Assembly (NCBI RefSeq): GCF_009914755.1 | Contig: NC_060925.1 | Strand: one strand, 5' to 3' | DNA length: 64,000 nucleotides | Origin: the human T2T-CHM13v2.0 reference genome, Homo sapiens | Part shown: positions 26,316 to 42,034 of the stretch, piece after piece | Layout: every line of letters begins with the position of its first letter | Numbering within the stretch: the first letter of the stretch is position 1 | The notes under the pieces: model-generated | Told to the model about the DNA's origin: nothing | The model's database searches: none | Seen by the model: the letters and a program-made list of their open reading frames with translations, nothing else | Program-made: the position numbers and the translations under genes

Positions 26316-29300
26316 GTGCCATTGCTTCATGTGGGACCTGCCACTCAGACCAGGAGGCTGGCAGATTGCTGGTCCTCACACTGGCCCCCTGTACGGCAGC
26401 CAAGCCCACACAAGCTGAGGGAACCTGGAAAGACCTTTACTTGGGTTCCTCATGGAAGACTGGTTTGTGACATTTTGTCTCCTGTGGATGTGTGAGTGTC
26501 CCCTCTGCTCCCTGCAATATCAGGTAAGCTAAGGAGTAAAAGCCTCTGGCTAGATGGTCAGTTGAAAGCCCTTCAACATTTGGGTGCCCCAAAGCATATC
26601 CTTGTCACCCCATCCCCAGTCCCTTCTCCTCTGTCTGCATTTTACTGTTCTGCCAGCTTTTAGGTTCAGTCTTAAAATGTTGGTTTCTTTTGCAGATTTT
26701 TTTTTTTTTACTTTGACTTTCTGAGCAATTTTTTAAGGCAGGACAACTAGTTGTGAGAGGTCTCCTTTGTGTTATTCTGGGATGCCAGAGTCACATTGTT
26801 CTGTGGCCCCAATCAGGCCTTTGGCATTTGCTATTGGCTGCCCACTGGATGCTCCGGCGATTTTGGTGATGGTCGGCCCCCAGAAACTCTGGGGTTTCTG
26901 GCATTTGGAGTGGGGACCCTCGGTGGCTGATACTTGGGTACTCCAGGTTTTCAGCATCTGGTATTGGCTGCCCCCTGCTTCCTCCAGGGTTTTCGGCTCT
27001 GGCATTCCCTATAAGACTGTGGGCTGAAGGCCCACCCTGGGGAAATCTTGGTCTTGCCTTCTCCTGTTTTCTGCCCTAAAGTTATCATTTTCCATAACAA
27101 CATTTTCTTTTCTAATTGTCACTTTATTTACAGTTTTCCTTCTATACTTTTTTAACAAAAATACTTCTTTTGTTATATTTCATTCACTGCTAAATGCTTA
27201 TAATCCACTTGTGTAACCCTTGCTAACTGCACTTACACCTTCTCTACAGGAGGTGGGAATCTAAAAGGGAAAAATAACAAGAGTCCACTTGCTTTCCATC
27301 TTGCTAGACTTAGAAAAACCTCTGTGTCCAGCAGAAATCCTTATTAGACATGGGGACAATGATGAGCGTCCCAGGTGACTTGCCACTAGGGTGTGTTTTA
27401 TGTTATTGGAGCGAATTCAAATTCACCTATTAAAAAAAAACTCATTTTGTATTGCTATGTAGTTTAAGTTTAATACAAATTAGAAAACCAACAGATCTGG
27501 CCTAGGCATCATTCTTTGCATTACAATGATACTTTGCAATTAGACTTGTTCTGTGAAAAATACAAAGGAAAATGGGAGGAGGTTCCTTTTGTACAGGCTT
27601 TTAAGGCATTTTACTGACTCACGTTACTTCCAGGCACCAGGAAGCCACGCCTAAGGGATCCCCTCCTAGCTGCTCCCACTAGAAGGCCTATGCCCTCCCT
27701 GGAGCCTCCTCAGGTCCCCAGTTCTGAGGGGGGTCCCGCCAGTCCTCTAATGAAAAATTCCATCCCAAGGTCATCAGACACCCCTCCTCTTTATCCAGCT
27801 AACCCAAGCATATACCCTCTGATGACTGAGAAAGTAAGTCCAACCAGTACCACCAGGAGTGGGACCCCATATCAGCCCCTAAAGTCAAAGCTGTCTCCAT
27901 TGCAGGAGGTAGTTGATAGAAATGAGGGAACACTTACGGTATGTGTTCCATTTTCTAAATGTGATTTGACTTCATAAAAGGAAACAGATGGCCATTTTTC
28001 AGTGGATCCATAGAAGTTTATAGAGGAATTTGTTAAGTTGAATATGCTGTTTAATTTAGGTCATGACTTGTAAATATTGTCTCCTGTTTTCTGTGCCATA
28101 GAAAAAAAGTGGAGAAAGACATGTATGGTTAAGCCATATGTATTTGGGACATGTATTGGTTGAGGCGCTCAGGAAATATACGATTGCAGACCCAGACTTC
28201 CTAGAAGGGCAGGCTCTCCTGGACATATATTTTATTAGTCAATCTACCCTGACATTAGGAGGAAGCTACACAAAACAGCAATGGGGACACAAAGCCCTAT
28301 GAGCCAACTCTTAATGTGGTCTTTAAACTTTACAACAATGGAAACAGGGCAAAAGTAGTAGAAAAAATAAAACAAATAGCTCAAAATTGCAATTATTAGA
28401 AAATGCTTTCAGTCCCCTGCCTCTCAGTGTTTCTCATCCCAATAAAGTATTGCAAGATCAACATCTGGGATGCCTAGAGAAGAGCCCCTGGCTCACCAGC
28501 CCCTGGGCCAGAATCAGTTTGCCTACCAAAAGCAAAAAGGCTATTGACATTGAGAATGTCCTAACCATCCCTGATGAGAGACAAAAAAAAAAGGTCCCCG
28601 TCAATACAAAAACTAAACTTCTTCCACTAGACCCCTCAAGCTGCTTTGCTCAAGTAAGTTTACTGGGGGGGGTATTGGACCCTTGACCCAATGGACAGCT
28701 TCCCACAGTAGCAGGAAAGTGGCCACCTGGTGTCTCTGCTCCTGGAGAAGCTCTCTGGTGGCTCAGGGACTCTGAGGTCTCCCCTTGAGCAATATGGTTT
28801 CACTCCTCCCTTATTTGATGCTATGGGAATCTCTTTCCTGCCTTTTCCTAACTTTCATACATATCAGGGCACACAAATTTGGCCAGGTAGACAGGTCCCA
28901 GTTTTGTAAATAACTTGCATCCACCTGTGATATATTAGTCAGTTTGTCTGTGTGGTATGTATTGTGTCTAGGATAGTATCAAATTGGCTTATGAATAAAA
29001 GAGCACTCATAAAATTAAACAAATGAGACTATTCTAAACTTATTAGTTTGAAGAGAATGTTGTGTCTTCTCCAATTGACTTTAAATTTTTCATCTAGGTA
29101 AACCAGTAATGTTTGCAGGCCTTTGAATAATTACAATGGCTTTAAGTAGTGATCTTTTTGCATAGTTAAAAACCTTAAAATTGTGAAACAATTCTCATCT
29201 ATAGATGTCAATGTCTGGTGGTCAGTTCAGGATTTCTTGCTTCCTAAGTTTATATAAAATGTGCCAAAGGTATATATTTTTTATTGGGAAAAAGAGCAAT

Positions 29301-30865
29301 TTTTGTCTAATTTGGAAATTACTAAAATGGAGATTCAAATGATGAAGGAAGCAGTGAATAGAAAAAAAGACATGTAAAGAATGTTGTAAATAGAAAATGT
29401 ACTTTTTGCAATGAAGGATTATAAAAAGAGTAATTTTCTACAAAAAAAACTAGTATAATAAATTCTTGTCCTGGAGTAAAATGACTAGTTATTTAAGAAA
29501 GAAGTAAAGAAGTAATATGAGACAAGTGAGAAAGTCCCAGCATGTGATAGATGGTCTCTGTAAGTTGACACAAGGTTCATAAAGGGGACATTATTAAAGA
29601 AATTTTGTATGTGATTAAGTTAGCTGTAATTTAAAAAACATAGACTTTCTAAAAATGGTCTACATATTGAAATTAGGTTTTCTTAAGGTATTCATTTGCT
29701 AAATTACAGAAAATTTTGCCTTTCATTCCTAACTAGTTTCTTTTAAAACTTCTCATATTTGTGTCTCCAAATTTCAATCATGGTTGTGTCTTGTTGTTTT
29801 CAGCTCTTTCTCCCTTTAAAAAGGCCTAGGATAATGGCTCTCTCCTTTAGCTTTTGCACCAACTTCTGTGAGTTTTTCTCCTCTGATTCTGATATTTATT
29901 GTGGTCTGATGCTAAAGCGTTTTGACTTAAAATTCTTTGAGAGCAAAGTTTTTTCCCAATTTAGCTTGATTCCATACTCTTGGTTTTTCTTGATATATAA
30001 CCTTATTTTTGGCTTTTAGTTTTTTACTCTTATATGGCTTAAAAGAATTTTAAGAGCTAATAAGAGTCTGTCCACCTTCATTCCCTTCTGGCTTAAAATA
30101 TTTAATTGGCTATAAGCCTTTTGACTCTCAGTTCTTTGGCCAAAAGAAATCTGAAAGAAATCTAAGAAAGCAAGTTTAGCTCATGATGGGAAATGGGGTA
30201 AAACACACCTCACTATGCCCTCTTTAAAATTTAGGCTAGGTTTACAGGTCCCTTAAAGAATAGAGAAATAAAGTGTTGCCTCCTCCAGAAGACATAGTCT
30301 TACTAAAAACTCTTTTAAAAAATTCCCGAAGGATCAATTACAACCAAAATGAAAGAGCTGTCATTGTGTATTGTTAAGTATCTTCACTGCTGTTAAACTT
30401 CAGAGAATCACTAGCTGGGTACACCTTTCAAGGATTAAACCTGTTTCTTTTAAGTCCCTGTAGGCAGAGAAGGAGAACACCACAACTTACACTTGTAGAC
30501 CCATAAAAGAGGTAAAGCTTTTATTTCACAAATGCATAGATAAATAACATGATGCTGTGAGTGGGAAAGAAGCATTAATTTTTCTCTTCCTTCTAATTGT
30601 AAGTTTGTTGTTCAACCTCCTAGTAAAGTTTATATCTTATAGATTCCATGTAAAAAGGATGGCTTCCAACTCAACCTGTGTTCTGACCCAGAAAATGAAA
30701 ACATCCTACTGTTGGCCCCCTTAAATCAAACATTCAAATGTTTTTACTCACCCAGTGTTAGGCAGGCCTTATGCCCATAAAATCAGCAAGAAGCAGTTAC
30801 AGAAGACAGACCTCCACCTTTCTGCAGCCTCCTTAAGGATAAGTATCTAATCTCTAAGGGATGAA
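26316..30865 (+). mobile_element. ERV1 internal region (MER66/MER4-group type), decayed, lacking a 5' LTR
   Basis: gag-MA-like start ~27350, Pro-rich gag ORF 27690-27977, integrase tail (actgctgttaaacttcag..agctgggtacacctttcaaggattaaacc), env tail cagcaagaagcagttacagaaga, purine tract before the LTR. Confidence 0.7.
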
Positions 30866-31370
30866 TGAGGTGGGAGACCAGCAGGGCTTATTTTCTGGCC
30901 ACAAACTTGCTGACCAAAACAGAATCTGGTCCAGACAGGATAAAGTGAAGAAACCAGCAGGAACCAGCATTGGACAATGAAGGGGATCCCTAGCTGCTGT
31001 TGTTGCTCATTAGCATAAGTTACTTCCACTAGACCCAGAAGTCACCACCCCTTTCTATAGAAACAGCTTGAAGTTTATCTCTTCTTTCCTAGAAAGTGCT
31101 AAATAACCCACTTCTCAGTTTGCATTGATCCATACCTTAATTTGCATGTAATTGGAAGTGGGTTTACTTGAGTATGCAGTTGCCAAGAGCCTATACATTG
31201 CCCACCCTGGGCACACTGCCTATGAGTAAGCCCTGCTCCAAAAGGGGCAGTATCATTCAATTATAGATTACTGTGTAACACCACCGGCTCACCCTTGAAT
31301 TTTTTCCTAGGCAAAGCCAAGAACCCTCCTGGGCTCAGCCCCAATTTTGGGGCTCACCTGTCCTGCAACA
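30866..31370 (+). mobile_element. ERV1 3' LTR (MER66-like)
   Basis: TG..CA termini; tgctgaccaaaacag..ctggtccagacaggataaagtgaagaaacc; aagccaagaaccctcc..ccccaattttggggctc. Confidence 0.8.
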
Positions 31371-31643
31371 GAATCATTCTTGCATTTCAGGTATAAATCC
31401 TACCTGGCCATGAGTATGCTCACTTTAATGTGCTGTCAAATTTAATTTATTAGAATTTTATTCAGGATTTTTGCATTGGTATTCATTGAAGTATTGAAAT
31501 ATTGCTATGTATTTTTTTTCCTTGTGTTTTTGTCTGGATGTGGTATCAGGGCAATGCAGGCATCAAGGATAAGTTTTGGCATGCTGCTTTCTCTTCAATT
31601 ATTTACAAGAGTTTGAGAGAGATTGTTGTCAATTATTCTTAAA

Positions 31644-31937
31644 GGCTAGGCACAGTGGCTCATGCCTGTAATCCCAGCATTTTGGGAGGCTGAGGCAGGT
31701 AGATCACTTGAACCCAGGAGTTCAAGGTCAGCCTGGACTACATGGTGAAAACCCATCTCTACAAAAAACGCAAAAATTAGGCAGGCATGGTGATGTGCAC
31801 CTGTAGTCTCAGCTGTTTAGGAGGCTGAGGTGGGAGAATCACCTGAGCCCAGGAAATCAAGACTTCAGTGAGCCACAGTCATATGACTGCACTTCAGCCT
31901 GGGTGTCAGAAGTGAGACCTTTTCTCAAAAAAATAAA
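31644..31937 (+). mobile_element. AluJ
   Basis: gaacccaggagttcaag, gaggtgggagaatcacctgagcccagg; TSD aattattcttaaa / aattattcttgaa. Confidence 0.9.
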
Positions 31938-32429
31938 ATTATTCTTGAAATGTTTGGTATTATTCTCCAATGGAGCCTTCTCGTTATGCACTTTTCTTTA
32001 TTGAGATGTTTTTTACTACTCCAATTTTTTCACCACTTACAAGTCTGTTCAGATTTTTTTGAAATTTAGGAGTGATTCACTCTTGATAAGTTAAATGTTT
32101 CCAGGAATTAATTCATTTCTTCTATGTTACGCAGTTTGTTAGTGTAGAATTACTCATAGTAGTCTGTTATAATTCTTTTCATTTCTATGACATTAGTTGA
32201 AATGCCTTCTCTTATATTGCTAATTTTATTTTAGTTTTCTATCTTTCTTAGTTTCTCTAGATTTTTTTCAATTTTATCTTCTTTAAAAATCCACTCTTGT
32301 TTTTGTTAATATTTAAATTTGTTTTTCTTTGTTCTCTATTTTATTCATCACTGCTTTAATACTTATTATTTCTTTACTTTTGCTAACTTTGGGTTTAGTT
32401 TGTTCTTCTTTTTCTAGTTCCTTGGAGTT

Positions 32430-32774
32430 TATTATGAACTGAAAGTTGGTTTTTCCCAAAATTGGTATTGAAATTACAGCCACCATTCGATGGTATTAGG
32501 AAGTGAGACAATTAGGAGGTAATTAGGTCATGAGAGTGGAGCCTTCATGAGTAGGATTATTGCCCATTTTAAAAAAAGGTCCATGAGCACTTTCTTGCCT
32601 TTTATCTAACATCTGAGGACACAATGAGAAGAGGGATGCCTGCCACCAGAAGTGGGCCCTTACCAGAACCCAACCATGCTGGGCACTCTGATTTCAGATT
32701 TCCATCCTCCAGAACTGTGAGAAATACATTTCTGTTCACATAAGCCATTCATTCTGTGTTTTTTTATATAGCAG
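32430..32774 (+). mobile_element. MaLR solo LTR (MLT1A-like)
   Basis: ggtattaggaagtg..ggtcatgagagtggagcc..cctccagaactgtgagaaatacatttctgtt..ataagcca. Confidence 0.85.
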
Positions 32775-34139
32775 TTATTATTTTAAAGCAGTTATTATTC
32801 TTATATTTCTTATTTTTAATGTGCATTGTTTAATTTCCACATATTTGTGGGTTTTCTTGATGATGCCTTTTGAAGCAGAAAATCTTTTAAACAGATTTTG
32901 ATGGAATCAAATTATCTATGTTTTCTTTTGTTGCTTGTGCTTTTCCTGTATTTCTATGAATTTTTGTATGCCTTAGGTCATGAATAACCCTATTTTTTCT
33001 TCTAATTGATTTATTACATTAGCTCCTATAATTAGGGCAATGATACATTTTGCTTTCTTTTTTCCTTCTGGGGTGAAATAGGAGTTCACATTCATTCTTC
33101 TGCATGTGGCTATGCAGTCGCCCCTGCACTGTGTAATGAGAAGACTGTGCTTTCCCCAGTGAGTTCCTCTACACCTTGCTGAGTAGGTGTATTCTATAAG
33201 CTTAAAAAAGTTCAGTTGAACATAAAATACATAAAAATAACAAAATATTGCATCTTATGATTTTAAACATTGTAATGTATGAAATAAAAATATACTAGAT
33301 AGGATTAGTAGCAGTTTAGATGTGGGAAATAAAGGATTGGTGAATGTGAAGTGACAGTAATGGAAAGTACCCCAAACAACACATGTAAAGAAAAGAGAAT
33401 AAATAAACAAATCATCAGTGGGCAGTGGGCAACTTCTAGGGGACTAATTTTCTGGTAATTAGAGTTACCTAAAAAGGGGAGCAGAGTAATCAGAATAATA
33501 AATTGAATAAATAATAGCCAAAAATCAAAAATTAATTTATTAGCAATAAAATAGTTGAAATTATTTTTATTTCTTTTCAAGTTTCTTAGTTGTTTCTTAT
33601 CTATAAAATGATTAGTCATGTCTGTAGATCTGTTTGGTACAAAAACTTTAAAAACATCACTGAGGCAGATTTATTGTCATTTTGTAGATTTTTTTGATAG
33701 GTAGATTTATGGGTAGGGATTATATAAAAATCTCTAATTTGTTTGTAATTGACAAATTCAGATGCAAAATAAAAATTTTCTTCCCTCTTCAAATTTGTAG
33801 TATGGAATAAACATAATAGCAAGTAGAAACTCACTAGTGCACTGTTCTTGAGCATGATACATCAAGGTTTATGCCCAAGAATCATATAATATTAAAAGCC
33901 AATTAATGACCAGTGTCAACAATTTACATAGGAATAATTCTAAAGAAACTATTCCTGTTTTATTATTTCAAAGAGAAGATTTTTCAACCGTATTTATCCT
34001 TTTATTTAACACTAAACAGTACTCTTCACTTTATTAATTCTTTATTTGCAAAAGCTTTCATGGTTCTTAAAGTTACTTAATATTCACTAATTTTAATGTC
34101 AATGTTTCTAATGAGAACTTTCTAAAACAAAGGCACAGA

Positions 34140-34372
34140 TTTTATTTATTTTTATTTTTTATTTTAGTGGATACATAGTAGGTGTATGTATTTAGGAAGT
34201 ACATGAGAGGTTTTGATACAGGCATGCAATGTATAATAATCACATCATGGAATGGGGTATCCATCCTCTCAAGCAAAATTAGTACAACCACTGTGGAGAA
34301 GAGTGTGGAAGTTCCTCAAAAAGCTAAAAATAGAGCCACCATATGATCCAGCGATCCCATTGCTGGGTATAC
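34140..34372 (-). mobile_element. Short L1MA with an inverted 5' piece
   Basis: Minus 3' end (gatacatagtaggtgtat..ttttgatacaggcatgcaatg) fused at ~34275 to a plus-strand ORF2 piece (aaattagtacaaccac..ccatatgatccagc). Confidence 0.75.
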
Positions 34373-36067
34373 ACTTATATTTATCCTTTTGAAAACCTAA
34401 ACTCTCAATGTTTTATTTTCATGTTCTTTGAAAGAAAATATTGATAGCAAGGTAAATAAAGTGATCTAATTCAAGCATTAGAAGTTCTGTTTGTTCCTGC
34501 AATGAGTCAGATTTTACCTGTAGCCTTACAATTACTCCAACATCTTCCAGCTCTGTCTTTCCTTCTTACTTACAACATTCCTCCTACAGATGCTTTGGGA
34601 CTACTAATTGTCTCAGCCCCAGAGTTACACTCACTTCTTGGCCTCTCAGTTACCCAAGGGTCCCTACCTACATCAGCTGTTACTCACTAGACTCACCAGG
34701 ATTAATCCAGGGAGGAACACTCAAGAGACAGAACTCTGAGTATGAGCTCCAGGAAATTATCAGTCATCTTGTTAGCTTAATGAGTCCCGTGACTATTGAT
34801 CAATTTCTTCATTTACTGAAAGTTCACCTACATTCCAAAACCTTGCCTCATTACTGCAGCCATTAATTCCTCTTCATGTTTTCCCTCAGTATTACTCAAC
34901 TAATTTGTGTAGTGCTTTAATTATGCCCAGTGGGGTGTGGGAGATACATGGCCTGAATGCAAGTTGTCTGTATGTTTCCAAGACTGGAAAGACACAGAGA
35001 TGTCAGAATATTCCTAAGTGTCCCATAAGAAGAAAACACCCATTAGTAATTCATTTAGATTTATTTAGAAAATTGAAATCTACCTTCACTTTTTCCAAAT
35101 TAGTGTCCATTAGAACACATAGAGACCAAGGATATTGAAGGTGATGACAATGAAGCCACCTCAGAAGATCAAGTTCTTCCGTACCAACTGATGTTATCAG
35201 TCACTAAGAGGCACATCCAACGAAAAGGTCTTTGTCTTAGATGAGTGCAATAATTCTACACTAGCACATGTTCAGATAAAATTACTACAGTGTAGTCATA
35301 TATTTTATAAGTGGTCAGCTCTAAGAAAAGTGGGAAAAGAATGAACTTTCAAAAGTAGTCATGGAGTTTGTAGAGTTACCTAAATTGATTAACAAGATTA
35401 TTTTTAAGAAACATCTTTAAGTTTTCAGTTTTGTCTAATTATTAAAACTCTTCTTGTCCTATTTACATAAATCATTTTCCCATATTTTTCTTGCTTCTAT
35501 TTTTTATTATTATGTATGCATTTTTGGGAATTATAGAAACTTAAATTAGATTCCAATTATCTTGTAATATTTCCATATATTATTGATAGGAATTCTTTTT
35601 CAGTGAGACCTCAGGTTCATAGTTCCTGAGTTGTGCCCCAACTAGGAAGCAGATGACGTGAACTGTCATCAGTGCAATACACACAGGCCCAGTGAAGGGC
35701 TCCACAAGAATAAGCCTGGAAAGAGAATACAAATGCAAATTTATTATTTAATTTCTCTACTTCATTCTTTCTCTTGACCTCTTTCCTATGCAAAGCTTCC
35801 TCACAACCTGTTTTAATCCTCTCTAAATGAATAAAATAGTTTGTTATGACCTCTATTTGCAATCTCCAATTATCTCTCATCTTTTTACTCCACCCATGCA
35901 TTCCTCTACGGAGCTCTCAATCTTCACTCTTCTAGTAAAACGTTTCTCTTTACTTTCACCTACTTCTCTTGCTTTGAGGGGTTTAGATTCTCTGAGGGTA
36001 ACATTTATTCTCACCTGGCATCCGTTAATGTGGCAAATACCAGTTGCTGAAATATAGGAAACCATCC

Positions 36068-36456
36068 AGAAAGACAAGTTACCTCATAATCTCACTTCTA
36101 TGTGGAATCTAATAAAGTCAAATGCATAGAAGCAGAGTGTAGAATGGTGGTTTGATTCCCAGGGACTGGAAGAGGAGGAATTTGAGGGTTATTAGTTAAA
36201 AGAAACAAAATTTCAATTAGGCAGGACAAATAAATTCAGGAGGTCTATTGTACAACATGGTAACCATAATTAATAACAATGCACTGCATACTTAAAAATC
36301 ACTGAGAGTTCATTTTAAGTGTTCTCACCACAAAAATATGATAAGCATGTGAAGTGATGTATATATTAGTTTAATTTAGCCAGTCCATGATGTATATATA
36401 CATATTCCAAAGCATCGCATTGTATACCATAAATATATACAATTTTGTCAATTAAA
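36068..36456 (+). mobile_element. L1MA 3' end
   Basis: atgtggaatcta..tctattgtacaacatgg..ttttaagtgttctcaccacaaaaa..gtataccataaatatatacaatttt. Confidence 0.85.
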
Positions 36457-36472
36457 TTGTTTTATTAAAATA

Positions 36473-36710
36473 ATTTTAACATTTATTTTAGATTCAAGGG
36501 GTACATGTGCCAGTTTGTTACATGGGTGTATTGCATGATGCTGAGATTTGGAATATGAATGAGCCCATCGCCCAGATAGTGAGCATAGTCCCCAACAGTT
36601 AGTTTCTCAACCCTTGCCCAGCTCTCTCCCTCCCCGCTCTAGCAGGTCTCAGTGTCTGTTGTTCCCATCTTTGTGTCCATTATTACCCAATGTTTAGCTC
36701 CCATTTATAC
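36473..36710 (-). mobile_element. L1PA15/16-like 3' end
   Basis: ttagattcaaggggtacatgtgc..ttgcatgatgctgag..cccagatagtgagcatagt. Confidence 0.85.
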
Positions 36711-37261
36711 ATACATATATTTCATTGAATCCATAATAAGAGAGGTTGATCAATAATACTGTACCCTATAATCCCAGTACAATACACTACATTTTAGCGG
36801 AAATATGTTGGCAAATAAGACATATTTTTTAAGTTTTTATTTCATTGTTTGTCTTCATTCTTTCTAACTTTTGATTCATAACTGAAGTAAGCTTTATCTA
36901 CTGTAATCAACTAATTGTTCATTTAATGCAGTGTAACCAGCACCCTATTTTATGCATTACATAAATTAATAAGGTTATGTATATGTTTCAATGTTTGATA
37001 TATGTTTTAGCCAAAAATCTGTAATAAAAATCAACTCCTTGAAATAAGTCTTTTCTGAGCTCATGTTTCAGAAAATATGTTCAGAAATAGTATTTTATTT
37101 CTCTTCATTCTTTACTTATGAAACTAATGTCTAGAGAATTTAATATAAACACTTGGTCAATCAATGAAGAAACTTTTCTAATTATAGCATTTAAAAAAGA
37201 ATTTTCTTCCAGTCCTATCATTTGCTGACTAAAATTATAATAATCAAAAATCAGAATTTTA

Positions 37262-39720
<2,459 letters not shown>

Positions 39721-41292
39721 AATTAAAACTTATTAAAGTGTCTGCCTTGTAAAAAATGGAAGGGGTCAACAAGCCTTTGATGTAGTTGTTGAGGAAATTA
39801 TTACCGGTCATCAGTTGGATGGACAATGCTAACTCTGAGCTAAATATTGATAAAATTCTTTCGTAAGAGGCACTTTCTTTCTTGATATCTTGGATTTGGC
39901 AAACAGTTGCTGATAAGAGAAAATGGAATGAGAATGACAATGATTTTATGTCTGTTGCCCATCTCCCAAAGGCTGGAACTCTGACATATTCTAAAGGGAA
40001 ATACTTCTACTGTTGAAATTGGTTTATTTAATCTGTTCCCCCCAATTATAAGAGACATCTTGGCACTCTTTAATATATGGAAATAGAGTATGAAAACTGA
40101 ACTTTACTTAGTAATGAGTAATTTCCAACGCTGGAATACAATCAAGAGTCTCAATTATTAGTGAGAGGGCATTGAAAGAACATATTTACCCAATCAGTTA
40201 TTGAGATGTTATAGAGAAGAGGCCATGTACCTAGAATTTTCCTAGGGACTGGTTATCTGACTCTTAGCAGATATAGATTGTCACTTTATATTTTCTCATA
40301 ATCATAGAGTCATATTTTCTTCTGTAGAGTTGGACTGCCTAGTCTTATTTTCTTTGGTAAATTTAGACTAGTAAATGCATGATTCTACTGAGGGATATTA
40401 ATCAACCCATAACAGACATGGAGATATGTAAAAGGTAATTTAACAAACTAGGCATTGGTTTACTTATATTTTGTTATAGGTAAACTGTCTAATAAAGTTG
40501 GAATTTAGGAAGTATTCAATAATAGATAGACTTATGTGTACAAATTCTTTGAGACTGAGTGCCACACTAACACACATGAATTGTGGTGTCTAAAATAATC
40601 CCAGATCCAGTTGGTAAAAAAAGTTATAGGATAATGTGATAACAGTTTAAAGCAGTCATATATTAAATATATATCTATATGCACACATACACATGTATGT
40701 GGGTATTTCTAAAATTGTATCAGACAACCAAGACAAATATATTTGATATAATATTCATATGATTTGAATGTAAAATTATGCAAATGTGTAATAGAAATTC
40801 TGATCTTTCTGGGAAAATAATGATCAATGTGAAAATTCCACTTTGAAAGTCTCAAAATCTGCTGAAAAAATTCATGTGCAAGCACAATGATATTGTAAAA
40901 TATAATTAAAAATTAAAAACAAACTGTATAAAAGTATTTTCCCATTTTATGTTATTTTAATCATTCAAATAAAAATTTTTGAGAATATTTCAATATTCCA
41001 GTATATCCAATAAATATATAAAAATCTCAACTCTATTAATATAATAAAGACGAAGTCAGCTTTAATACAAGTATGTTTTCTGGTACAATAAAAAAATTCA
41101 TTTCAGTAATGTATTATGAACCCTCAAAACATAGGCTAGTAAGTGACAAAATGCTACCACATATTTGAATATTTTATTCAGATAACAGACTGTAATTATG
41201 GTGGAAAATATAAATTAAAAAAATTAAACATGAAAAATAAGATAGCTGAGTCAAAAGCTGTCTAAATAAGGAATCAGAAAGTTCAGGTTAAA

Positions 41293-41935
41293 GTTTTATT
41301 TATTTATTTACTTTTTCCTTTAAGTTCTAGGATACATGTGCAGAATGTGCAGGTTTGTTACATAGGCATACATGTGTCATGGTGGTTTCCTGCACACATC
41401 AACCCATGATCTACATTAGATATTTCTCCTAATGCTGTTCCTCCCCTTGCCCCACACTGCCCGAAAGGCCCCAGTGTGTGATGCTTTCCTCCCTGTGTCC
41501 ACGTGTTCTCCTTATTCAACTCCCACTTATGAGTGAGAAAGTGCGGTGTTTGATTTTCTGTTCCTGTGTTAGTTTGCTGAGAATGATGGTTTCCAGCTTC
41601 ATCCAAGTCCCTGCAATGGACATGAACTCATTCTTTTTTATGGCTGCATAGTATCCATGGGATATATGTGCCACATTTTCTTTATCCAGTCTATCATTGA
41701 TGGGCATTTGGGTTGGTCCCAAGTCTTTGCTATTGTGAATAGTGCTGCAATAAACATACATGTGCATATGTCTTTATAGTAGAATGATTTATAATCCTTT
41801 GGGTATATACCAGTAATGGGATTGCTGGATCAAATGGTATTTCTGGTTCTAGATCCTTGGGGAATTGCCACACTGTCTTCCACAATGGTGAACTGATTTA
41901 CACTCCCACCAATAGTGTAAAAGTGTTCCTATTTT
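41293..41935 (-). mobile_element. L1PA7/8-like 3' fragment
   Basis: gatacatgtgcagaatgtgcaggtttgttacatagg; gggattgctggatcaaatggtatttctgg. Confidence 0.9.
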
Positions 41936-42034
41936 CAAGTGAAAATAATTTATATTCTGCTGCATTAGCCAGTGTGTTCTACAGATATCAGTTAGTGCTA
42001 AGAGTTTACTCTGTTACTTAAGTCTTATTATTGT

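Larger units (their letters stand above)
31371..33180 (-). mobile_element. Old L1M ORF2 fragments hosting an Alu and an MLT1A
   Basis: ttcaggatttttgcattggtattcat; gggtttagtttgttcttctttttctagttcc. Confidence 0.7.

Noticed and set aside
34700-34795. Possible LHX2/EBF composite enhancer (ttaatgagtcccgtgac; ccaggattaatccagg)
   Set aside because: The EBF half is a poor match and TAAT cores are ubiquitous in AT-rich DNA; not supportable without conservation data
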